Positions 8,976 to 16,819 of a stretch of DNA of 32,000 nucleotides are shown piece after piece (the first letter of the stretch is position 1; each line of letters opens with the position of its first letter). Origin of the DNA: an uncultured archaeon (GTDB lineage Archaea > Asgardarchaeota > Lokiarchaeia > Sigyniarchaeales > Promethearchaeaceae); the NCBI GenBank assembly GCA_964426185.1, contig CAYRPF010000016.1:16191-48190 (forward strand). Direction: 5' to 3'. The translations under genes and the position numbers were made by a program. Under the pieces are notes generated by a model. That model saw nothing but the letters and a program-made list of their open reading frames with translations. It was not told where the DNA came from and ran no database searches.

Positions 8976-9710
8976 ATGATGAAGAAAAAAACTTATCTTA
9001 CTATTGGAATTCTGATGGTTTTTTGCATGAATGCAATTTTGATCAGTCCAATTTTTGCAGCTACAGAGTGGACTGTCGAATCTGGGGATTATTTACTGTA
9101 TTCAGTCAAAATTCAAGATGCAAGCGCAATAACTAATGAGGGAACTTTTAATCTTAGTATTGATGCAATAGATACTGTTGCAGAAACGATGCAGTATTCA
9201 ATTAAACCCGACCTATCGACTGATACAACTAATTTAGCTGCTTCTTTAGATGTATCCGATCAACAAGCCAGCGGTAACAATCTTTACCTATCTATATTTA
9301 ATGTGATTGTTTTGTATGATTTACAAACATTTGCTGATTTTAAAAACCATATCGGTACGTATTTGAAGGATTTGACCAGTTCATACCTCGAACTTTATGG
9401 CGATTATCAACATTACCGCTATGGAATAAAGCAATTGTCATATGGGTGGGAAATTAAGTGGTGGGATATGACCCAAGAAATCAGTACATATCAAAAGATT
9501 CAATACAATAAAGATGGGATTCTCACCGCTTATGAAAACAGCAGTCTTTCTGCAGACGGCAAAGAAACCGGAGTAAAACTGAGTTTACAAACATATTCTG
9601 GAGCTTCAGGCGGAATTCCTGGTTATTCGTTGCAAATTATTTCTGGAATTATGCTTTTTACATTTGCAGGTTTAATTTGGAGTAAAAAACGAAATCTCAT
9701 TAAAAAATAA
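8976..9710 (+). CDS. Secreted/surface protein with C-terminal IPGY-TM-basic (Loki-CTERM-like) sorting signal
   Basis: N-terminal KKK plus hydrophobic signal peptide; C-terminal SGGIPGY, TM helix and KKRNLIKK. AGGAGG SD upstream. Confidence 0.8.
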   Translation: MMKKKTYLTIGILMVFCMNAILISPIFAATEWTVESGDYLLYSVKIQDASAITNEGTFNLSIDAIDTVAETMQYSIKPDLSTDTTNLAASLDVSDQQASGNNLYLSIFNVIVLYDLQTFADFKNHIGTYLKDLTSSYLELYGDYQHYRYGIKQLSYGWEIKWWDMTQEISTYQKIQYNKDGILTAYENSSLSADGKETGVKLSLQTYSGASGGIPGYSLQIISGIMLFTFAGLIWSKKRNLIKK

Positions 9711-9721
9711 AATATTCATCA

Positions 9722-9758
9722 TCCCCTAAGGGGGAAAATGTTTTTTTCTTTCTTTTTC
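9722..9758 (+). terminator. Putative terminator (short hairpin plus T-tract) between convergent genes
   Basis: tcccc-taag-gggga followed by ttttttttctttcttttt. Confidence 0.4.
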
Positions 9759-9828
9759 ATTATTCATGTCGTATTATGATTTTAGGATGTTAAAAAGATG
9801 AAAAAATAAAAGAATTGAAAAAAAAATA

Positions 9829-11172
9829 TTATCTATTCTTTAATTCGACCAGCACTTTTTGTGCTGCAGTAATGATTGGATAGGTGGTTGGGGCTGAGGT
9901 TATAAGGGGATGGGTTCCAAATTGTAAGGTAAATAATTCTGCTATGCTCATTCGCTGCTGAATCGCTACAGAAATTACATTAATCATTTCAGCAGCGCTT
10001 TTACCTCCAGAAATCACTTGACCTCCTAAAATTGTTCCACAGTTTTTTGAAAAGATTAATTTTACTTTTACATCAGAAGTATCAGCAAATTTTCCTGGAT
10101 GACGGTCTTTTGAAGATGTAGTGCCAGTAACTATATTAAAACCTGCTTCTTCTGCGAGTTTTTGGGTTAATCCTGCTGTGGCAATAGTTAATCCTTGTAA
10201 ATTGGTTGAAAACACACCAATTGTTCCCTTGTTTTCCCGAACTACTTGTAATCCAAATAGATTTGCTCCAGCTATCCTAGCTTCAGCACAAGCAGTAGAT
10301 GCTAACATCACCTTGCTAGGACGTCGAGTGAAGAAATCAATTTTAGCCGCACAATCTCCTACTGCAAAAATATCTTTGTCAGAAGTTCGCAAATATTCAT
10401 CAACCCAAATACCATTTCTTTCAACCCGTAACTCAAGTTTGGTTGCAAGTTCAGTATTAGGTCTCGCTCCAATGGCACAAATAACCATGTCAGCTTCAAT
10501 TTGTTCTCCTGTTTCAAGATGAACGAAATTATCATCAATTGCAGTAACCTTTTTGCCTGTTAGGAGATTAACACCAGTAGCTCTAAATTTCTCTTCAACC
10601 ACATCAGAAATTTCACGATCAAATGCCACACCTAAGATGTTTGGGAGCATTTCGATAATTGAAATCTTCTTATCTCTTTCTCGGAGTAATTCATCAGCAA
10701 ATTCCATTCCAATGAAACCCGCTCCAATAATCACTATCTTTTTCGCAGATTTAGTTGCTTCATAGGCTTTTTCTAAATAGGAATTATCTTTGGAGACATA
10801 ATAAACATGAGGTTTGTCGTATCCAGTTATAAATTTTGGAACAATTGGTTTTGAACCCGTTGCAAGTACAAGTTTGTCATATTTAATTTTTTCACCGCTC
10901 TTCAATTCCATAATTTTCTTAGATTTATCGCCATCGACAACTTCATCAATGACCAGATCTATATTAAATGCTTTATAACTAGCGTCTGGCATTACGTTGT
11001 TTCCAATGCCTTTTAATTGTCCGAAGGCATAAGGAATCCCGCATGGGATCGGAACATTTGGAAAATTGCGAACAGTCATAATTTTTTTGTTCGGATTCAT
11101 CTGGGCAGCAACTACAGAGGTGATCAATGCAGCAGGACCGCCTCCAACCACTAATACATCAGTTTCTTTCAT
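9829..11172 (-). CDS. CoA-disulfide reductase/NADH oxidase family flavoprotein
   Basis: VVGGGPA, redox Cys in PCGIPY, ATG, IGAGFIG, GDCA and a C-terminal dimerisation domain. The ATG at 11172 is preferred over the track start at 11262. Confidence 0.9.
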   Translation of the reverse strand: MKETDVLVVGGGPAALITSVVAAQMNPNKKIMTVRNFPNVPIPCGIPYAFGQLKGIGNNVMPDASYKAFNIDLVIDEVVDGDKSKKIMELKSGEKIKYDKLVLATGSKPIVPKFITGYDKPHVYYVSKDNSYLEKAYEATKSAKKIVIIGAGFIGMEFADELLRERDKKISIIEMLPNILGVAFDREISDVVEEKFRATGVNLLTGKKVTAIDDNFVHLETGEQIEADMVICAIGARPNTELATKLELRVERNGIWVDEYLRTSDKDIFAVGDCAAKIDFFTRRPSKVMLASTACAEARIAGANLFGLQVVRENKGTIGVFSTNLQGLTIATAGLTQKLAEEAGFNIVTGTTSSKDRHPGKFADTSDVKVKLIFSKNCGTILGGQVISGGKSAAEMINVISVAIQQRMSIAELFTLQFGTHPLITSAPTTYPIITAAQKVLVELKNR

Positions 11173-11410
11173 GATTCTCACGCTTTTTGTTAAGTATTTT
11201 TGAAAAAATAATGAAGTAATTATACAAAAATTTATACAATCAATTTTTGTAGTTCCTCTCACCTATTAAATGTCGTGAAAGTGCAAAACAATGTTCAGAA
11301 ATGATCACAAATTTTCGCACTTCAGAGCGCAAAGTGGAATTTAAAGTTCAATTGAGAGAATAAGATCCCCACAAACTTTATTAATTACGGCATTACTTTT
11401 TTCACAAACT

Positions 11411-11968
11411 ATGACTAAAAACTCTAATACAATAGGGAAAATGCATTTTTATTATGGAATGGGTCCTGGAAAAACTTCCATTACACTTGGTCGGATAATC
11501 CGTGCTTTAGGTCATGGATTAAAACCAATTTTGATCCAATTTCTAAAGAAACATGACCCTTCTGGGAAGAAAGGCTTTTTCTATGGAGAATATATTACAT
11601 TAACTGAACTTCTCAATGTACCGATTATGCAATTCGGAAATTATCATTTTGTAAAAACTACCTCACAAGTTGAGGCTAACCGTCAAATGGCAGCAGATGC
11701 CCTCCAACAAATGCAAGAAATTTTGCACTCTGACGATTACGATCTAATTGTGTTGGATGAATTGGGTTCGATGATTGAACTGAACCTTTATTCCGAAGAG
11801 CAAATTTTCGCTCTTTTGGCTTCACGCGACCCCCATGCAGAGATTATAATCACTGGGCATCAGCCTATTGAAAAAATTATTGAAATCGCAGATTATGTCA
11901 CTCATCTGCAAGAAGTTAAGCATCCATTTCAACAAGGGATTCAAGCGAGAGAAGGCATCGAATATTGA
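11411..11968 (+). CDS. cobO: Cob(I)alamin adenosyltransferase, CobA/CobO/BtuR type
   Basis: YYGMGPGKT P-loop, IQFLK, YDLIVLDE, IIITG, ADYVT, KHPFQQGIQAREGIEY. Confidence 0.92.
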   Translation: MTKNSNTIGKMHFYYGMGPGKTSITLGRIIRALGHGLKPILIQFLKKHDPSGKKGFFYGEYITLTELLNVPIMQFGNYHFVKTTSQVEANRQMAADALQQMQEILHSDDYDLIVLDELGSMIELNLYSEEQIFALLASRDPHAEIIITGHQPIEKIIEIADYVTHLQEVKHPFQQGIQAREGIEY

Positions 11969-12070
11969 GCAAAAAGAAAATATTCAAAATGGATACCTCC
12001 GACATTATATCATTAAACATGTTTTTTTGGAACTATAACACTAATCAACCTTAATCAAATCGTGAGAAAT

Positions 12071-13783
12071 ATGACTGAAAATTCTCAAAAAAATCTCCAG
12101 CAAAAGCTGGTAGAAGAAACGGAACGATGGATTAATTCCACCGTAGCAAAATCCTTGGAAAAAGTGCCAGAACGGAAAAGAAAATTTAAAACTCTATCTG
12201 ATATCCCCGTAAAAGCTCTCTACACACCTGCAGACATTGCGGATCTAGATTATTTTAGGGATTTAGGCTTTCCAGGTGAGTTTCCATTTATTCGAGCGGC
12301 GCAACCCACAAACTATCGGGCGCGCTTTTGGACTATGAGGCAATTTGCGGGTTTGGGTACTGCGAAAGAAACAAACCAACGATTTAAATACTTAATCAAG
12401 AACGGCCAAACTGGATTATCGGTGGCTTTCCACCTACCTACTCTATATGGACATGAATCCGGGTCTCCTATGAGTGCGGGTGAGATTGGTAAAGAAGGTG
12501 TGGCTATCGATACACTTGCCGATATGGAAGTAGTCTTTGACGGAATTGACCTCAGTAAAATAAGCACTTCTATGACGATTAATGCCCCTGCTTCGATTTT
12601 ACTGGCAATGTATCTTGCCGTAGGAGAAAAAAAAGGTATTCCTATGGAAAAACTCACGGGAACTATTCAAAACGATATCTTAAAAGAATATCAAGCCCAA
12701 AAATCTTATATATTCCCTCCGGAGCCTTCAATGCGATTAATTGTAGATACAATTGAATTCTGTACAAATCACGTGCCTAAATGGAACACTATCAGCATCA
12801 GTGGTTATCATATTCGTGAAGCAGGATCCACCTCCGTTCAAGAGTTGGCTTTTACGTTGGCGAATGGTTTTGCTTATGTAGAAGCAGGAATGGAACGAGG
12901 ACTAAATGTGGATGATTTTGCTCCCCGATTATCTTTCTTTTTTAATGCACATAACAATTTCTTTGAAGAAATAGCAAAATACCGCGCTGCTCGTAGAATT
13001 TGGGCTCGTCACATGAAGGAGATCTACCATGCTAAAGATCCTCGTTCCTGGCGCTTGAGATTTCACACCCAAACTGCTGGAGTATCGTTAACCGCTCAAG
13101 AGCCCTATAACAACATCATTCGAGTTACTCTTCAAGCGTTGGCTGCGGTTCTAGGAGGTACGCAATCCTTGCATACCAATTCATTTGATGAAGCTCTGGC
13201 GCTACCTTCAGAAGAAGCGGTGAAAATCGCCTTGAGAACCCAGCAAATAATTGCCTATGAATCTGGTGTTCCTGATGTAATTGATCCTCTTGGTGGTTCC
13301 TACTATGTAGAATGGTTAACTAACCGGATGGAGGCAGAAGCAGAAAAATATTTCGAGCATATTAAAAAATTGGGTAATGGTTCTATGCTACAAGGGGCTT
13401 ATGTCGGAATAAAGAACAATTTTTACCAACGAGAGATTGCCAACTCATCCTATCATTATCAGAAAGAAATTGAATCGAAAGAGCTGGTACAAGTAAGCGT
13501 AAATAAATTCAATCAAGTCGCAGAAAAGGAGAAAAAACCCGAAATTCTTAAAATTTCCGAGAAAGTGGCTGAAGAACAGATTGCATCTCTTCAAAAGATA
13601 AAATCGGAACGTAATAATGAAAAAGCAAATGCTTGTCTGGAAATTTTGCGAACAAAGGCTAAAACGAATGAGAATTTAATGCCATATATTTTAGATGCTG
13701 TGAAAGCCTACTGTTCGGTGGGAGAAATCGTAGATGTATTTAGAGAAGTTTTTGGAGTTTATCGGGAGGAATCTATTTTTTAA
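12071..13783 (+). CDS. icmA: B12-dependent acyl-CoA mutase large subunit, isobutyryl-CoA mutase-like
   Basis: WTMRQFAG, QNDILKEYQAQK, SGYHIREAG, RFHTQT, LGGTQSLHTN, DPLGGSYY. Has Phe/Gln rather than Tyr/Arg at the specificity sites. ATG 12071 preferred over GTG 12062. The family call is firm; the icmA specificity call is an inference. Confidence 0.85.
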   Translation: MTENSQKNLQQKLVEETERWINSTVAKSLEKVPERKRKFKTLSDIPVKALYTPADIADLDYFRDLGFPGEFPFIRAAQPTNYRARFWTMRQFAGLGTAKETNQRFKYLIKNGQTGLSVAFHLPTLYGHESGSPMSAGEIGKEGVAIDTLADMEVVFDGIDLSKISTSMTINAPASILLAMYLAVGEKKGIPMEKLTGTIQNDILKEYQAQKSYIFPPEPSMRLIVDTIEFCTNHVPKWNTISISGYHIREAGSTSVQELAFTLANGFAYVEAGMERGLNVDDFAPRLSFFFNAHNNFFEEIAKYRAARRIWARHMKEIYHAKDPRSWRLRFHTQTAGVSLTAQEPYNNIIRVTLQALAAVLGGTQSLHTNSFDEALALPSEEAVKIALRTQQIIAYESGVPDVIDPLGGSYYVEWLTNRMEAEAEKYFEHIKKLGNGSMLQGAYVGIKNNFYQREIANSSYHYQKEIESKELVQVSVNKFNQVAEKEKKPEILKISEKVAEEQIASLQKIKSERNNEKANACLEILRTKAKTNENLMPYILDAVKAYCSVGEIVDVFREVFGVYREESIF

Positions 13784-13815
13784 AAAAATATAGAAAAATA
13801 AAAGAAGGTGTGAAG

Positions 13816-14211
13816 ATGGAACAAAAAATACGCATAATTGTGGCTAAACCAGGACTTGATGGGCATGATAGAGGTGCAAAAGTTATTTCTCGCGGATTGC
13901 GGGATGCTGGATTCGAAGTGATTTATACAGGATTACATCAGACTCCAGATGATATTGTACAAAGTGTGCTTCAAGAAGATCCAGATGCTTTATTGTTATC
14001 AATTCTTTCAGGCGCTCACCCTGTGTTATTTCCAGAAATAATGAAGAAATTGCATGAAAATGGGATTGATGATGTGTTAGTTCTCGGTGGTGGGATCATA
14101 CCGGAAGAAGATGTTCCAGCTTTAAAAGAAACTGGTATTGGTGAAGTATTCGGACCTGGAACCAAGATTCAAGAAATAGCCGATTATATCCGTGCACATT
14201 TGAAACGCTAA
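13816..14211 (+). CDS. icmB: Acyl-CoA mutase cobalamin-binding small subunit
   Basis: KPGLDGHDRG (DxHxxG), SILSG, GGGIIP, FGPGT. GAAGGTG SD precedes ATG 13816. Confidence 0.92.
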   Translation: MEQKIRIIVAKPGLDGHDRGAKVISRGLRDAGFEVIYTGLHQTPDDIVQSVLQEDPDALLLSILSGAHPVLFPEIMKKLHENGIDDVLVLGGGIIPEEDVPALKETGIGEVFGPGTKIQEIADYIRAHLKR

Positions 14212-14285
14212 ATATTTTTTCATTCTATTGTAAAAAAAAAAAATTTCAATTGAATACTTAAAAAAATACTTGGAATAGAATATAC

Positions 14286-15335
14286 ATGACTTTATCTAAG
14301 ATATCTGATGAAAATATAAAAAAATTTATAGATTTACTCAAAGATCCTACCGATTCTGTCAAAAAAAAGAGAGCTTTAGCCAGATTAATTACCTTCATCG
14401 AAAATGGTGGACCTGAAATTGCTAAAAAAATCATACCTCAAATTTATCATTTGACAGGTCACGCTCAAATAATTGGGATTACTGGAGCACCAGGTTCGGG
14501 AAAATCTACTTTAACTGCAAAAATTGCCGCACACTTCTTAGATCAAGGATTAAAAGTTAGTGTGGTGGCAGTTGATCCTACTTCTCCTTTTAGCGGTGGC
14601 GCTCTTTTAGGTGATCGAATCCGGATGAAAGATATATTTACTCATCCTAATTTCTTTATCAGATCAATGGCCAATAGAGGTCAACTTGGCGGATTAGCCA
14701 TGGCTACAAAGGATGTAATCCATGTTTTAGATGCATATCATAGTGATATAATCATTGTTGAAACGGTAGGTGTGGGGCAATCGGAAATTGATATTTTTAA
14801 AAGCGCTCATACTACCTTGGTTATCACACCACCTGGTTTGGGAGATGAAATTCAAGCAATCAAGGCTGGGTTGATGGAAATTACCGATATTTTTGTAGTA
14901 AATAAAATGGATCGAGAAGGTGCTGACAAAAGGGTGGCTGAATTGGAAACTATGCTAGATTTTGCTGAAAATATTGATGTGCAAAGTGATCAAACCCAAG
15001 CTAAAGTGGTGCGTTGTGATGGGTGGCGTCCACCGGTCATTAAGACTAATGGTCTTACAGGAGAAAATGTTCAATTACTCTTGGAGAACATCAAAAAACA
15101 TCAAGAATTTTTAGAAAAATCAGGTTTTAAAAAGCGACGATTGCAATTTCGATATAAACACTATATTATTGAGATATTAAAGTATTTTCTTGTGAAAAAT
15201 GTGGAAGAAATAGTGTTTACCAATGAGAAAATTAATGAATTTATCGAAAAAATCCTAAGTTATGAGCATGGTTCAGACCCCTATTCTATCTCAGAGGCTA
15301 TTATGGAAATATTTCGCGATAGGTATTTCACATGA
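14286..15335 (+). CDS. meaB: MeaB/ArgK/MMAA GTPase chaperone for the B12 mutase
   Basis: GITGAPGSGKST, AVDPTSPFSGGALLGDRIRM, VETVGVGQSE, GDEIQAIKAG, VNKMD. Confidence 0.95.
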   Translation: MTLSKISDENIKKFIDLLKDPTDSVKKKRALARLITFIENGGPEIAKKIIPQIYHLTGHAQIIGITGAPGSGKSTLTAKIAAHFLDQGLKVSVVAVDPTSPFSGGALLGDRIRMKDIFTHPNFFIRSMANRGQLGGLAMATKDVIHVLDAYHSDIIIVETVGVGQSEIDIFKSAHTTLVITPPGLGDEIQAIKAGLMEITDIFVVNKMDREGADKRVAELETMLDFAENIDVQSDQTQAKVVRCDGWRPPVIKTNGLTGENVQLLLENIKKHQEFLEKSGFKKRRLQFRYKHYIIEILKYFLVKNVEEIVFTNEKINEFIEKILSYEHGSDPYSISEAIMEIFRDRYFT

Positions 15336-16102
15336 ACCCCCCGATTCTTCTAGTATATGGTGGTGGCAAATTTGGAACGATAGTATTTCAAAAATTTCAT
15401 TCCACCCATCGCCTGCTGATAATTGATAATGATCGAGAGTGTGCTGCAGCTCAACTTCCTATTCCTAAAATTATTGAGAAAAACCTCAAAGTTCAAACTG
15501 CTCAAATAATGCAAACAAAGGATTCATGTTTTATTTTAGGTGATATCGAGACCGTTGTCTATTTATTGGACAAAATTTCAATTGATTTTCTGATCCCAGT
15601 GGCACCAATTCACATTATGAAGGAGATACTAGTTTCACATTTCATTCAGCAATTTCCTTCTTTATTGATTTCTGAAGATGTAGAACTTGCATTGCCTTCG
15701 GATTTAATCCCCCCAGAACTCCAAATATTTTCAAATTCGCCCCAAACTCTTTATCTTTCTTATGCGAAATGGGAAGAACGATGCCCTGACAATTGTCCAG
15801 GGCCAACTGGATATTGCCGTATTCACAAACGCCTTAAACCGATTTCAGTTACTGATCTTTGTAATACTGCCTGGCCTGGACCTTTTACCTTCATTTTTGA
15901 GAGTTGGCAGCTTTCTCCTGGGATTGGAGGTATTCCTATTTCTAGTATTCAAAAACATTTTAATCGTTTAAAACATGCAGGTACAGAAATAATTAATTCA
16001 TTTAGTGAATTGAATGTTTCAAATCGCACCATTATAATTGGAACAACATGCAATTGCCATGGGGTTGTATCAGCTATTAAAATCAGCAATAAAAAAAATT
16101 AA
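15332..16102 (+). CDS. Uncharacterised Rossmann-like protein with Cys clusters, translationally coupled to meaB
   Basis: ATGA overlap with meaB; VYGGGKFG...IID; CPDNCPGPTGYC; SWQLSPGIGG; TCNCHGV. Confidence 0.7.
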   Translation: MNPPILLVYGGGKFGTIVFQKFHSTHRLLIIDNDRECAAAQLPIPKIIEKNLKVQTAQIMQTKDSCFILGDIETVVYLLDKISIDFLIPVAPIHIMKEILVSHFIQQFPSLLISEDVELALPSDLIPPELQIFSNSPQTLYLSYAKWEERCPDNCPGPTGYCRIHKRLKPISVTDLCNTAWPGPFTFIFESWQLSPGIGGIPISSIQKHFNRLKHAGTEIINSFSELNVSNRTIIIGTTCNCHGVVSAIKISNKKN

Positions 16103-16551
16103 TTTGGTGGTGTTCGCATCAAATTGTGATATTCTTTTTCGAGATCAGCGATGTAAGCTCGCTGATTTTGAAGTTCTTGAATAACATTACTTAGATGGAA
16201 GAATACATGTTTTTGAATGTCGTCTGTATGGTCTCCTGCTTGGACAAATCGAGTAATTTTTACTATTTGTTGGGCGCTGTCATGGTATCTCTTATTTATA
16301 TTCTCCAGTTCTCGCGAAGTATGAATGTCATAGTAATAATTAACTGCATTTGCTATATTTTGAATATTTATTGAAACCATTTTACATTTCAATGAACTTT
16401 TGATGCACTCTTCTAGTTTTATTCGGATTTCTTCTAATTTTCGGTTTAATTTTTGTCGTTTTTCTTCATAGTCTTCTTGAGTGAATTTATGCTCAACTTT
16501 AATGATATTTTTTTCATTTTTTCTTTTACCAAACATGTGATTTTGAACCAT
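16099..16551 (-). CDS. Hypothetical helical/coiled-coil protein
   Basis: Strong AAGGAGG SD upstream; heptad-like charged segments; its stop overlaps that of the convergent gene at TTAA 16099-16102. Confidence 0.6.
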   Translation of the reverse strand: MVQNHMFGKRKNEKNIIKVEHKFTQEDYEEKRQKLNRKLEEIRIKLEECIKSSLKCKMVSINIQNIANAVNYYYDIHTSRELENINKRYHDSAQQIVKITRFVQAGDHTDDIQKHVFFHLSNVIQELQNQRAYIADLEKEYHNLMRTPPN

Positions 16552-16819
16552 TTAGAATTTTTCCTCCTTGATCATCTTTATAATGATTTTACGTTATTAA
16601 TAAGTTCTCATAGATTGATGCATTATGTAAAATTTGAAATAGATTGCACGAAAATCCCCACATTGAATTTTAGAAGGTCGTAAAAGTGATTTGTAATCTT
16701 AATTTTTTACTTAGAAATTCAATTGCATCGATCGATTAATTCTTCTTATCATATTTACCGAGTAGAAGCATATTAATGTATTGTATTTCTGATTGCCGAC
16801 AAATTAATTTTAATGAGAA

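Noticed and set aside
11173-11262. 30-aa N-terminal extension of the CoA-disulfide reductase in the ORF track
   Set aside because: Family homology begins at MKETDVLVVGGG; the extension is AT-rich, promoter-like sequence.
11173-11410. Cobalamin riboswitch upstream of the B12 operon
   Set aside because: No B12-box or GGGAA core and no convincing stems; only a weak imperfect inverted repeat (aaagtgcaaaa / ttttcgcactt).
12062-13783. Annotation as canonical methylmalonyl-CoA mutase
   Set aside because: Lacks the Tyr/Arg pair that binds the substrate carboxylate.
15332-16102. TrkA potassium-channel regulator
   Set aside because: Only the first beta-alpha-beta unit resembles an RCK domain; the rest is a Cys-rich domain and no channel gene is nearby.
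16453-16683. 76-aa + strand ORF
   Set aside because: Antisense to the start and SD of the 150-aa gene; low-complexity Phe-rich translation.
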